A stretch of 64,000 bases of DNA from assembly GCA_964016885.1 (NCBI GenBank), contig OZ024740.1:61256001-61320000 (forward strand), written 5' to 3'. The notes beneath the pieces were generated by a model. The model saw only the letters and a program-made list of their open reading frames with translations, ran no database searches and was not told the DNA's origin. Positions 27,037 to 41,083 of the stretch are shown piece after piece (within the stretch, counting starts at the first letter, position 1; each line of letters opens with the position of its first letter). The stretch comes from Eledone cirrhosa. Lineage: Eukaryota. The position numbers were made by a program, and so were the translations under genes.

Positions 27037-27755
27037 ATTTTTCGATACTCGATCTTTCTAATATTTTTAGCTCTGGACATAGCTATCCACCAGTTAATTT
27101 TATTGCTCATTTTTTGTCGATTCTATTGAGTGATGAATAGCTCTTGTTTTATTTTAACATGTCTATTGAGCACTCTTATTCGATATGTGTATTTCCACAT
27201 TTCCTCGAATAGTTTTCGCGGATGTAGAGGTTATCTCCCTTGTCGAAATCCATGTGCGTATTTCGCTTGTGGTTAGCCCCTTATCCGCTAGGAAAAAGCT
27301 CGTTGATGAAGTAAACTCCATTCCTCTTGCTCTAGTAGCCTTATATATTTATATGTGAGCTGATAGAGTACAGTCTAAGGATTTACAGAAACCCAAGAAG
27401 CTAGATTTAACACCTTTCTAGTGGGTCCGGGTATGATTTTACATTCATTTAAATTATTGATGTATTGTTTTATTGATATTTTTTATCTGTTTGTCCCGAA
27501 TCTTCTATTATCGATTTTTTTATCGTATGGTTGATTGTAGACTTGTTCTATGTGTGACGGTATTTTAACGATAGTTATAGCTCTGATTCATCTGAATTAT
27601 TGAGCCCTCTGCCGCTCATTTCGAATATTGTTTATCGTGAACTCGTGCGCCGATTTTTCGATACTCGATCTTTCTAATATATATATATATATATATATAT
27701 GTGAAAAAATGGGGAGAAGAATACTGCAGGTTGCACATGGATAACATGTTATATA

Positions 27756-27842
<87 letters not shown>

Positions 27843-27843
<1 letters not shown>

Positions 27844-30122
27844 TTCCTTTATTGGCCACAAGGGCTGACATCAAGAAAAACATTACAGACGGCACAGGGC
27901 GGTACATGACGGTACGATGTGGGTTTTGTGCGTGTAAGGATTTTCATTGTTTATATAAGAAAAGAAAAAGAAAAAGACATAGAAACATATATATATATAT
28001 AAACAATAAAAATGGAAATTGAAGCAATGAAAAATTCCCCAATAGGGGGGAAACTTCCGAGGGTTGTTCGTGGCGAAAACCACACAAAAGATCACGGCCA
28101 CCCTGACCACCAGGGCAAGCGCCCTCTCCCAATTTTTCCATTTCTCAAACTACAGGCGTATATTCAGAGCGGTCCCGTTCACTCGGACCATTCTCGTTAC
28201 ATTCACACACCTTTCAACAAACTTGATAGCAGGCACCACTTGCCTCTCCACCCTGATTTTCCTCTTCAAGTGAAACTTGAAAAAGTTAATTAGGGATTCA
28301 CCGAAGAGGAAAGTGCCTATCTTTAACCCTTTCAACCTTGTCCACCACACAATCTCTTTCGCCATGGCCACCAGGCAGATGAAAACCGCCTGCCCTTCCT
28401 CCTCGAAGGAAGACGGCGAGACCATCTGCACAATGGACTCAGTCGATAACCGGATCAGTCCTACACACGACAGTAACTGTTCGACATAGCTCCACAAGTC
28501 AGCAATGCCTGGGAACTGAACGAGTGCGCGCACGACGGTTTCGTCGCTCTGCGCGCATCTCGGACAGGCTCGGCTGAGGGCACTTCCGTTCCTGTAGAGC
28601 TTATCTCGAACCGGCAACGCTCCCCGGTAGCAGTGCTAGGCCAGGGATTTTTGGAAGTTATTCATATGGGGATGAAAGTTCTCCGAAAGAGAGCAAACAG
28701 CTGATCTTCTTCGACGCCCAGGATCTCTCCGAGAACGTCGTCGCTCTTCCCCTCCACTAGTCCTCTATAGAACGCCGAGGTGGATGTTCCACCGATACTG
28801 GTGCCCAGGTGGCAGAGGGCGGTGAGCGCCTGGAGACATTCCAGTTTCCAAGCGCTATCCCTCTGTCTTTTCCTGACCCAGGACTGCAGTTCGAGTAGGA
28901 GACGAGCAGTGGGAAAACGTGCCTGGAGAACGGCGACCACGCCTGTTCACCGTCAAGGAAGCACCAGAGATGTCGCAGCCTCAGCGCATGTTTGCGCATT
29001 ATCAGCCATGGCATGCCCAGTCCTCCATGCAACGGGTGTTGACAGCAGATGGATCGTCTGACCATGGGAGCGCGTCCCTTCCACAAAAAGCGGAAGAGGA
29101 GGCGCTCCATTTTGGTGAGAGTTGGGCCGGGGCAAGGGACGACGGTGAGGCGGTAGCAGATGACGGATGCGATGTACGCATTCTCCATCTCCGCCCGACC
29201 TTTCATGGACAGCTTCCTTTCGGCCCATTTCTGGGTGAGGGAGGCCACTCTGCTCGACACCTCGCTCCAGTTTTTCTCCATCTGGAGGTCCGGTCCGAAC
29301 CAGACCCCGAGCAATAATTCCAGGTGCCGAGCTGCAAGACCACCGACTTTTCCTGGTTTATCTTTGCTCCTGTCACCGCTTCGTATTCCTTGAGGGCGGT
29401 GCCGAGCATCTGGACGTGTCTGGTACTCGACACCACCACGGTGACGTCGTCGGCGTAAGCCGACTCGGATTTCCCGCATCCTAGTTTGCGTGGGACGCCC
29501 CTCATCGCCCCCAGTTTGTGCAGTAACGGCTCGAGAGCCAATGCGTACAAGAGGGACGAGAGGAGACAACCCTGGCGGACCGAGCGCATGATGCTAAACG
29601 GCTGCGACAGGTGACCGTTCACCCTCACAACTGAGCAAATGTCGCTGTACATCGCAGCGATCCAACCCCTGAAAACGGGTCCGAAATCGGCTGCGTCGAG
29701 GACCGCCGCCAGGTACCGATGGTCGACCCTATCGAATGCTTTGGATTGATCCAAGTTGATCAGGGCCCCACCCGTGCCAGGTTCCTTAACCACCCTCTCT
29801 ATGATGTATCGCATGAGGTGGAGGTTGTCGTGTATGGATCTGTCCAGAATGGCGCATGTCTACGCCTCTCCCACCAGACCCTCGACGATAAGCGCCAACC
29901 TCAACGCTAACACCTTGGCCAAAATTTTGAACTCTACTTTACCAGGGTTATGGACCTGAAGTTTTCGATAACATCCCTCTTGTTCGGGTCTTTTCTCAGC
30001 AGCGCCACCACTCTCCGGCTCACAAAACTGGGAATGCTCCCGTTCTGCTGCCAGTTGCAGTAGATGTCTGCCAAGAGGCCACCGAACAAGTTTGGCATAA
30101 ATGCATAAAGCTCGTAAAGGTA
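27843..30122 (-). mobile_element. Tx1/L1-type LINE, different subfamily, degenerate
   Basis: Frameshifted ORF2 pieces (LDQSKAFDRVDH, RQGCLLS, AYADD, CPRC); 3' end GGCCAATAAAGGAATC runs into (ATT)n. Confidence 0.9.
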
Positions 30123-30314
30123 CAGAGAGTTGCGATAGAGATTACTAAATGCCAATAACCGAAGCGCAGTGTGCTCAATGTTTGGGTTAACAGAGTTAAA
30201 TATTAGAGGAGATTTAATATTTAGCGTATAGTTTAAGCAGAGCGGGAATAAGCAAATGAATAAAACATATTTTAGTTTAAACAGTATAACAGCCGTAGTG
30301 TATAACTTTGCCTA

Positions 30315-30660
30315 TTAATCTGTATGGTGAGCAAATGGGGTCCCACGTGCTGGCCTCCCCACAGCCGCGGTGGACAGGATGGAGAAGGCGTTTCCCCGAA
30401 GGATGGTAAGGGAGATGCGCTGGAAGAGCCATTCCAACTCGTGAGGCTCACACCTGCGGCTGTCTAACTCAGCGCCTATGGTGGTGAATAGGGAGGTAGC
30501 CCTAGAGCCAAGGACACCAGAAGTCTCCACTGCCAAGGGCACAACTGCGATCCTGTCGGAGAGCGACCGGTACTTGGAGAGTTTGGTCTCCTCAACCCGA
30601 CGTGCAGGAGTACCTGGGTTAGTCACAGACTGCACCAGGTTGCAGCTGGAGAAAGTGTCG
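30315..30660 (-). mobile_element. CRE-like non-LTR retrotransposon 3' fragment (restriction-like endonuclease)
   Basis: KLSKY..VPLAVETSGVLG..LFQRISLTILRGNA motif. Confidence 0.7.
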
Positions 30661-30711
30661 CTGCGAATGAATGAAGGAGTTACAAGCCGTTAAATCAAGT
30701 TCTTTATATAG

Positions 30712-30750
30712 CTCTTACACATGTTTCGCCTACACGGGATCGTCAGAGAA
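30712..30750 (-). ncRNA. Hammerhead ribozyme-like motif
   Basis: Minus: TTCT-CTGACGA-tCCcgtgtaGGc-GAAA-CATGTG-TA-AGAG; stem II weak. Confidence 0.55.
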
Positions 30751-30991
30751 ATAATAGATTATATAATGCCATCAGTAAGTATAAATATCAGTAAGTATAT
30801 ATATATATATATAACAAAGAAGGTGTGGTAAGATACCAGGTGGACCATAGCTCCTACTTTCGTAGTGGGGCACTCTTCGACTCATACCACACTTAAATCC
30901 CGGCATTAATAACCAAGCTCCTGTTTCTTAATAGACTTTTAACCCACCATGGGTAAACATACAATCGACTTTTAGGGGTGCTGAATCTTTT

Positions 30992-31181
<190 letters not shown>

Positions 31182-31287
31182 AACAAAAGATGGTTAAATA
31201 TTATGTATACTCCAGTCCTACAAACTGTAGAGTGCTTCTTATCCGATATCTGCATTGCTTTATTGTACTACAATAAAACTCACCTCC

Positions 31288-31333
<46 letters not shown>

Positions 31334-31384
31334 CATCATTCATATACACATATACATCCACAAATACATGCATGTGTGTGTGAG

Positions 31385-31640
31385 TGTGTTTGTGTGTGTG
31401 CGTATTGAGGATCTCCATCGACTCGGATGACGGATGTTTTACTTATTCAAGGGGAACTACCTACTCGTGGAATTTACATGGAAGTGTTTGAGTATTCTAC
31501 AGACATACATGTTAAGTATTTCTCTGGGCGATTCAGCGTAATAGACTGTCTAACACGGGTGGTTAATTGAATTAGTACAATTCATTTTTGCCAACTAAGT
31601 GGACTGGTGCAACATGAAATAAAGTATCTTGCACAAAGAG
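31385..31640 (-). mobile_element. SINE family B, degenerate
   Basis: AAGTGGACTGGTGCAACATGAAATAAAGTATCTTGC shared with 52270-52410 (-) and 41570-41810 (+). Confidence 0.6.
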
Positions 31641-31755
31641 ACTGTATATTCTCCTGGTTTTATTATTGCATAAAATTTCACCAATATATATATATATAAA
31701 TTTCACCAATATATATATATTTGTCGGACTTCCAACAAATTAAATACCCCTTCTA

Positions 31756-31868
<113 letters not shown>

Positions 31869-32013
31869 ATATTTTAGTTATTATCGCTCCAACGTGAGGT
31901 ATATGATTTTTAATGCGATGAAATACCCATGATCGTTTGGTAAATCACTGATGAGGGACTCATTTTATAACATGTTATCCATGTACAACCAGCAGTATTC
32001 TTCTCACCCATAT

Positions 32014-32049
<36 letters not shown>

Positions 32050-32174
32050 AGAGAGAGAGAGAGAGAGAGTTTCTACCATAGAAACAAAACTCTTTCATTA
32101 GAATATAGACAGCATCAACTAGGTAAATATGTCTGTATGTCTGTTTGAGTGTGTATGCGCGTGTATATCTGCAT

Positions 32175-32645
32175 GACTCTGCATGACATCTTTTCTCCGT
32201 CCTATATCTGGTCAGTTATGTTTGTATTTTATTGGAGTTTTGACTGGAATATTCCACCAGTACTTTTTCATGTTGTCCTACACTGTAACGTTTTATATGT
32301 TTATTCTCAGGGCTATCCTTTGCATTGTATAGTGTTTTGGCTACTACATCATGCCTCATAGGTAGATAGTATCATGGTGACATTTTTGGACACCTATTTA
32401 TGATATGGGTGACATCATCGATGTTTATTCCGCAGTCCACATCTATTGTCACATCCAGGTGTTTTGCCTGCATCCCTATGTATTTTGTGCATTATGTATT
32501 TCGTTGTTATTTCCTGTTCTTGGATTGTAAAAGCATATCCTTCAAAGTGTGAGCCTTGTTGTTGGTCTAAGCTAGATTATTTTATTTATCTACATTACTC
32601 TCAATTTGGAGCCTCCTCGCAACATATCCATGCGTGACTTTTGGC
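32175..32645 (-). mobile_element. R4/Dong-type LINE fragment (subfamily B)
   Basis: Minus translation SHFEGYAFTIQEQEITTKY..CGINIDDVTHIINRCPKMS..YYLPMRHDVVAKTLYN. Confidence 0.75.
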
Positions 32646-32679
32646 TGATAAACATGCAGTCTCTCACCCTCCGCATCTC

Positions 32680-32935
32680 TCCGTATGGTGAACAAATGGG
32701 GTCCCACGTGCTGGCTTCCCCACAGCCCCGGCGGACAGAAATGAGAAGGCGTTTCCCCGGAGCATGGTAAGGGAGATGCGCTGGAAGAGCCATTCCAACT
32801 CGCGAGGCTCACACCTGCGGCTGGCCAGCTCAGCGCCTATGGTGGTGAGTAGGGAGGTAGCCCTAGGGCCAAGGACACCAGAAGTCTCCACTGCCAAGGG
32901 CACGACCGCGAACCTGTCAGAGAGCGACCGGTACT
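32680..32935 (-). mobile_element. CRE-like 3' fragment, second copy
   Basis: Highly similar to 30320-30573. Confidence 0.75.
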
Positions 32936-32943
32936 ATGTTGTT

Positions 32944-33168
32944 AAAGGCGACGAATTGGCAGAATCGTTTGATCGTTGGAGAAAATGCTTTGTGGTATGT
33001 GCCCCAGTTATTTACGTTCTGAGTTCTAATTTAGCTGAAGCCATATTTGCTTTCCAACCTTCCGGGGTCGATAAAATAAAGTGGTATTTAAGTACTGGGG
33101 TCGATGTAGTTAACCTTTTCCACCGCACGAATATTTGGCCTTGTGCCTAAATTAGAAATCATTGTTAT
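32944..33168 (+). mobile_element. SINE family A, older copy
   Basis: AAGGCGACGAATTGGCAGAATCG head, TCTGAGTTCTAAT B-box, GGCCTTGTGCCTAAATTAGAAA tail. Confidence 0.75.
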
Positions 33169-33575
33169 TCCCATATCAGGTTTTTGTTTGTGAGTTCTTG
33201 TACATATGACAGAAACAGGTCATTCCTAGAGAAAACAGGGTGTAATTTATTAGCTGTACGTACATACATATACATAAACATTCATACATACATGCACACA
33301 TACATACATACATACATGCACACATACATACATACATAATTACGTACATATAAACATACAAAATACATACATACATACACACGTATACATACATACATGC
33401 TTGTTTGTATGTATACATACATATACACTAACAACTATAGATATAAATATAAACTTACTTATATATACATATAGACACACACATACATACATACATACAT
33501 ACATGCATACACTCATACATACATACATACATACATACATACATACATACATACATACATACATACTCACATACA

Positions 33576-33880
33576 TACAATCCATTAATGGAACAAGTAC
33601 AATCCATTAATGGAACAGTAAAAATATGTAAAACATTCCAAAAATTTTGCATCTAATAACTGCATATACACATGTACAAATACAAAACATATACACATGC
33701 ACACATACAACTCAAAACATACACATCCACACATACAATAACATCCATATCTACACATGCAGACATACATACATATCTACCTAGTTGATGTTGTGTAAAT
33801 TCCAATGAGAGAGTCTTGTGTCTATGTTAGAAACCGACTCTCTCTCTATTGGTAAAACTTTGTGAAATTATAAAACCAGA
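33576..33880 (+). mobile_element. R4/Dong-type subfamily B 3' end in (CATA)n
   Basis: Matches 46313-46600; 22-bp duplication at the 5' junction. Confidence 0.8.
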
Positions 33881-34325
33881 ACATACATACATACATACAT
33901 ACACTCACACATAGTCATACATACATACATACATACATACATACATACATACATACATACATACATACATACATACATACTCACATACATACATACATAC
34001 ACTCATACATACATACATACATACATACATACACACATACATACATACATACATGCATACATACATACATCCATACACTCATACATACATACATACATAC
34101 ATACATACATACATACACACTCACATACATACATACATACTCACATACATACATACATACACTCATACATACATACACACATACATACATACATACATGC
34201 ATACATACATACATCCATACACTCATACATACATACACACATACATACACACATACATACATACACATACATAAACACACACACATATACACACATACAT
34301 ACATACACACATACATACATACATA
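33881..34325. repeat. (CATA)n imperfect microsatellite
   Basis: Directly visible. Confidence 0.95.
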
Positions 34326-34359
34326 TTAACATCATATTAATATCATATTAACAATCCAT

Positions 34360-35400
34360 ATTAACATCATATGAGACCCGGATAGTAACACTGAAGCAAC
34401 ATCTTCAACAGAGGAAAAAGGTTGGCAACCATCTTGCCCAGGTTTATGAGCATGAAGAAAAAATATCATTAGGATAGCCACTGATCTGGAGGAGAGATAT
34501 GGAATAAAGCCTGATATAAATCTCTCACCCAGAGAAATCGGAAGATCCTATTCAATGTTCAAACAAGATGAAAAAATTGACCAATTTACAGAAAAAGTTG
34601 TGCATGGATACTTGAGACGTAAAACGCAGACCATAGAGGGGATAAACCACTCAAAAGGCCTGGCATGGAGTTCCGACAAGTTTATGACATCACACCTTGA
34701 GGGATATCTCTATGCAATACAGGAACAAGAACTCCATACCAAATATCTGCTGCACAAAAGAGGAGGGCCATCAGCTGACAATAAATGTAGGCTATGTAAA
34801 ACAAAGATCGAGGATGTAAACCACATTGTTGCCAGCTGCGAAAGAATGTCATCTCGCTACTACCTCCCCATAAGACACGATGGGATAGCTAGAACCATCT
34901 GGAATGCACTTCGGAAAACAAAATTAACAACAAACGAGGAAGAATATATTGAGACAGATGGCACCAAGGAATACTGGTGGAACCTGAAAATAAAATCTGC
35001 CACCAAATTAAAGCACAACCGGCCTGATATTGTTGTTTAGGACCACACATTGAAAACGTGTTCTGTTGTGGAGATCAGCTGCCCACTTGTTGTAAACGTT
35101 GTCAGAAAAATACAGGAGAAGGAGGACATTTACGGACCATTGATGAGGAATTTACAAATCCAGTATCCAAGATACACCTTTAGCTCCATACCCATCATTA
35201 TTGGTGCTACGGGTTATATACCAACCCGCTTTGCGGACAAAGAGCGCAGCTCCCTAATTCATAGTCTACATAGCTGGCACCTTCAAAATTTGCAAAACAT
35301 TCTTGCGATTCAACGGATGACAATTTCTTTTCTTTTACAACCTTGCCACGAGGAAGGTGGCCGGTCAAAAATATACTCGAAATTAAGAGAAAGAGATCAT
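34360..35400 (+). mobile_element. R4/Dong-type LINE 3' portion (subfamily A)
   Basis: AIQEQEL, CRLCKTKIEDVNHIVASC (CCHC), RHD, HNRPDIVV..VEISCP restriction-like endonuclease; stop codon and deletions; runs into (CATA)n. Confidence 0.85.
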
Positions 35401-35455
35401 AACATACATACATACATGCATACACTCATACATAAATACATACATACATGCACAC

Positions 35456-36064
35456 ATGGTGGCTGCCAACTCGTTTTCGAGTACGGCCACTACTTTATAT
35501 CCATGTAGGAGAACCCCTACCGATGCGCTGAACAAGTGTGACTTTTTAGTCCAGCCAGCGACTTGAAAACTCTGGTACAAACACTACACTTGTGACAAAT
35601 ATTGACACATAGTGCTGGGCCCATGATACCATGTGATGACAAGTGCAGAGAGATCTCCAGATATAAAAAAATGCCTGTGCCGTGAAGCTTTTATAGTGAG
35701 CAAAGGCACTGCACAAAGCCAGTCCCACTCTCTTAACCAAGATGATATTTACCAAAAAGAAGAACAAGTCAACATCATTGGATACCATCAGAGTTGCAGT
35801 TGTTATATCAGAGTTTTCCTTCTCCTAGAATTCTGCCTTGACAAAGGCTAAGGGGTCATCTCTCCCGGTGATTTTGGATGGCCATTGACTCTTAAGAGCT
35901 CCTTTGCCCTTTGACAGGTTTTGTTTTTAGTCCTGCAGGATGTCCAAAGTCACCCTCCTCACCAAGAAACCTTGGTGGGGTTGCCAGTTTAGTCGCCAAT
36001 GACCCGACCATGAGACAGGTTGTACTGGGATACATGTTACCAGTAGCACCAACTGGTGACCTGA
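35456..36064 (-). mobile_element. About 608-bp non-autonomous RTE-derived element in (TATG)n
   Basis: Second full copy at 59290-59897; contains CTAGGAGAAGGAAAACTCTGA (recalled as an RTE 5' UTR motif); 3' hairpin TACTCG-AAAA-CGAGT followed by (ATGT)n. Confidence 0.65.
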
Positions 36065-36075
36065 CATAAATACAT

Positions 36076-36106
<31 letters not shown>

Positions 36107-36255
36107 TACATACATACATACTCACATACATACATACATACACACACACATACATACATACATACATACATACATACACACACACACATACATACATACA
36201 TACATACTCACATACATACATACATGCATACATACATACATACACACACACACAT

Positions 36256-36286
<31 letters not shown>

Positions 36287-36757
36287 TACATACATACACA
36301 CACATACATACACACATACACACATACATACATACATACACACACATACATACACACATACAAACACATACATACATACAAACACATACATACATACATA
36401 CATACACACACACATACATACATACACACATATACACATACATACATACACACATACATGTGTGCGTGCGTGCAAACAGAACATAATTTAATTGCCAGGG
36501 TGGTGGGGGAGTAGAAGGAAGAGGAGAATGACGGGGAGGAAGAGGAGGAATAGAGGAGGAGGATACTGGGATGATGAAAGCAGGAGTAGGAGGAGAAGAA
36601 TTGTGAAATGGAGGGAAAAGGTGTTAAAGACTTAAAATCATGGATTTAAACTTAAATGCTTTAATCTTCATCTTAAATCACAATCTTTATCTTTAGACAG
36701 ACTGGACACACGGATTAGACAATTGAATTGAATGGCTCATTTTGATACACTAACACG

Positions 36758-36789
<32 letters not shown>

Positions 36790-36798
36790 CACACACAC

Positions 36799-36830
<32 letters not shown>

Positions 36831-36921
36831 CACGCAGGCGCGCTCTTGGAGGCAGGTGTATATAGTTCTAGGTAACTCTAAAAGTATTTACAAACATGTA
36901 TGAGTGTGCATATGTGCATAT

Positions 36922-36954
<33 letters not shown>

Positions 36955-36977
36955 CACACACACACACATATATATAT

Positions 36978-37010
<33 letters not shown>

Positions 37011-37311
37011 CACACACACACATATATATATACACACACACACACACCACATATATATATATACACACACATATATATACACACACACACACATATATAT
37101 AGACACACACACACACATATATATAGACACACACACACACATATATATATACATACATATATATATATATATATATTGGAATAAATGCTCTGAAATAGCG
37201 ATATATATGTGAATATAGACATAGAATATTCGAAAATATTCTGTATGTTTATAATAAACATTTTGAAGACCTAATCGCTATAGAATAGAATACGTCACGT
37301 ATTACAATTAG

Positions 37312-38950
37312 ATTCTCGATAAAAGCAAGGGAAGTAATCTACGCGTTTCATTCTCGTTAGAAATCATCAGGACTACATATCCAGTGCTTTTATCGAGAAT
37401 GACACAGCTAGAGACTTATAGAATACTTAGCTGTGTACAGGAACTGGTTTGAAAGAGCGGTTGCCGGTCCGGCAGAAATTAGAAATTGGAATAAATGCTC
37501 TGAAATAGCGATATATATGTGAATATAGACATAGAATATTCGAAAATATTCTGTATGTTTATAATAAACATTTTGAAGACCTAATCGCTATAGAATAGAA
37601 TACGTCACGTATTACAATTAGATTCTCGATAAAAGCAAGGGAAGTAATCTACGCGTTTCATTCTCGTTAGAAATCATCAGGACTACATATCCAGTGCTTT
37701 TATCGAGAATGACACAGCTAGAGACTTATAGAATACTTAGCTGTGTACAGGAACTGGTTTGAAAGAGCGGTTGCCGGTCCGGCAGAAATTAGAAATTGGA
37801 ATAAATGCTCTGAAATAGCGATATATATGTGAATATAGACATAGAATATTCGAAAATATTCTGTATGTTTATAATAAACATTTTGAAGACCTAATCGCTA
37901 TAGAATAGAATACGTCACGTATTACAATTAGATTCTCGATAAAAGCAAGGGAAGTAATCTACGCGTTTCATTCTCGTTAGAAATCATCAGGACTACATAT
38001 CCAGTGCTTTTATCGAGAATGACACAGCTAGAGACTTATAGAATACTTAGCTGTGTACAGGAACTGGTTTGAAAGAGCGGTTGCCGGTCCGGCAGAAATT
38101 AGAAATTGGAATAAATGCTCTGAAATAGCGATATATATGTGAATATAGACATAGAATATTCGAAAATATTCTGTATGTTTATAATAAACATTTTGAAGAC
38201 CTAATCGCTATAGAATAGAATACGTCACGTATTACAATTAGATTCTCGATAAAAGCAAGGGAAGTAATCTACGCGTTTCATTCTCGTTAGAAATCATCAG
38301 GACTACATATCCAGTGCTTTTATCGAGAATGACACAGCTAGAGACTTATAGAATACTTAGCTGTGTACAGGAACTGGTTTGAAAGAGCGGTTGCCGGTCC
38401 GGCAGAAATTAGAAATTGGAATAAATGCTCTGAAATAGCGATATATATGTGAATATAGACATAGAATATTCGAAAATATTCTGTATGTTTATAATAAACA
38501 TTTTGAAGACCTAATCGCTATAGAATAGAATACGTCACGTATTACAATTAGATTCTCGATAAAAGCAAGGGAAGTAATCTACGCGTTTCATTCTCGTTAG
38601 AAATCATCAGGACCACATATCCAGTGCTTTTATCGAGAATGACACAGCTAGAGACTTATAGAATACTTAGCTGTGTACAGGAACTGGTTTGAAAGAGCGG
38701 TTGCCGGTCCGGCAGAAATTAGAAATTGGAATAAATGCTCTGAAATAGCGATATATATGTGAATATAGACATAGAATATTCGAAAATATTCTGTATGTTT
38801 ATAATAAACATTTTGAAGACCTAATCGCTATAGAATAGAATACGTCACGTATTACAATTAGATTCTCGATAAAAGCAAGGGAAGTAATCTACGCGTTTCA
38901 TTCTCGTTAGAAATCATCAGGACCACATATCCAGTGCTTTTATCGAGAAT
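37312..38950 (-). ncRNA. Six type I hammerhead ribozymes (37312-37400, 37622-37710, 37932-38020, 38242-38330, 38552-38640, 38862-38950)
   Basis: Reverse complement of the motif described at 39135-39223. Confidence 0.88.
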
Positions 38951-39134
38951 GACACAGCTAGAGACTTATAGAATACTTAGCTGTGTACAGGAACTGGTTT
39001 GAAAGAGCGGTTGCCGGTCCGGCAGAAATTAGAAATTGGAATAAATGCTCTGAAATAGCGATATATATGTGAATATATATCGCTATTTCAGTTCCTGTAC
39101 ACAGCTAAGTATTCTATAAGTCTCTAGCTGTGTC

Positions 39135-41083
39135 ATTCTCGATAAAAGCACTGGATATGTGGTCCTGATGATTTCTAACGAGAATGAAACGCGTAGATTA
39201 CTTCCCTTGCTTTTATCGAGAATCTAATTGTAATACGTGACGTATTCTATTCTATAGCGATTAGGTCTTCAAAATGTTTATTATAAACATACAGAATATT
39301 TTCGAATATTCTATGTCTATATTCACATATATATCGCTATTTCAGAGCATTTATTCCAATTTCTAATTTCTGCCGGACCGGCAACCGCTCTTTCAAACCA
39401 GTTCCTGTACACAGCTAAGTATTCTATAAGTCTCTAGCTGTGTCATTCTCGATAAAAGCACTGGATATGTGGTCCTGATGATTTCTAACGAGAATGAAAC
39501 GCGTAGATTACTTCCCTTGCTTTTATCGAGAATCTAATTGTAATACGTGACGTATTCTATTCTATAGCGATTAGGTCTTCAAAATGTTTATTATAAACAT
39601 ACAGAATATTTTCGAATATTCTATGTCTATATTCACATATATATCGCTATTTCAGAGCATTTATTCCAATTTCTAATTTCTGCCGGACCGGCAACCGCTC
39701 TTTCAAACCAGTTCCTGTACACAGCTAAGTATTCTATAAGTCTCTAGCTGTGTCATTCTCGATAAAAGCACTGGATATGTGGTCCTGATGATTTCTAACG
39801 AGAATGAAACGCGTAGATTACTTCCCTTGCTTTTATCGAGAATCTAATTGTAATACGTGACGTATTCTATTCTATAGCGATTAGGTCTTCAAAATGTTTA
39901 TTATAAACATACAGAATATTTTCGAATATTCTATGTCTATATTCACATATATATCGCTATTTCAGAGCATTTATTCCAATTTCTAATTTCTGCCGGACCG
40001 GCAACCGCTCTTTCAAACCAGTTCCTGTACACAGCTAAGTATTCTATAAGTCTCTAGCTGTGTCATTCTCGATAAAAGCACTGGATATGTGGTCCTGATG
40101 ATTTCTAACGAGAATGAAACGCGTAGATTACTTCCCTTGCTTTTATCGAGAATCTAATTGTAATACGTGACGTATTCTATTCTATAGCGATTAGGTCTTC
40201 AAAATGTTTATTATAAACATACAGAATATTTTCGAATATTCTATGTCTATATTCACATATATATCGCTATTTCAGAGCATTTATTCCAATTTCTAATTTC
40301 TGCCGGACCGGCAACCGCTCTTTCAAACCAGTTCCTGTACACAGCTAAGTATTCTATAAGTCTCTAGCTGTGTCATTCTCGATAAAAGCACTGGATATGT
40401 GGTCCTGATGATTTCTAACGAGAATGAAACGCGTAGATTACTTCCCTTGCTTTTATCGAGAATCTAATTGTAATACGTGACGTATTCTATTCTATAGCGA
40501 TTAGGTCTTCAAAATGTTTATTATAAACATACAGAATATTTTCGAATATTCTATGTCTATATTCACATATATATCGCTATTTCAGAGCATTTATTCCAAT
40601 TTCTAATTTCTGCCGGACCGGCAACCGCTCTTTCAAACCAGTTCCTGTACACAGCTAAGTATTCTATAAGTCTCTAGCTGTGTCATTCTCGATAAAAGCA
40701 CTGGATATGTGGTCCTGATGATTTCTAACGAGAATGAAACGCGTAGATTACTTCCCTTGCTTTTATCGAGAATCTAATTGTAATACGTGACGTATTCTAT
40801 TCTATAGCGATTAGGTCTTCAAAATGTTTATTATAAACATACAGAATATTTTCGAATATTCTATGTCTATATTCACATATATATCGCTATTTCAGAGCAT
40901 TTATTCCAATTTCTAATTTCTGCCGGACCGGCAACCGCTCTTTCAAACCAGTTCCTGTACACAGCTAAGTATTCTATAAGTCTCTAGCTGTGTCATTCTC
41001 GATAAAAGCACTGGATATGTGGTCCTGATGATTTCTAACGAGAATGAAACGCGTAGATTACTTCCCTTGCTTTTATCGAGAAT
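39135..41083 (+). ncRNA. Seven type I hammerhead ribozymes (first 39135-39223, then every 310 bp)
   Basis: ATTCTCGATAAAAGCA-ctggatat-GTGGTC-CTGATGA-tTTCT-aacg-AGAAt-GAAA-CGCG-TA-GATTAC-ttccct-TGCTTTTATCGAGAAT; predicted cleavage after GUA at 39195. Confidence 0.9.
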
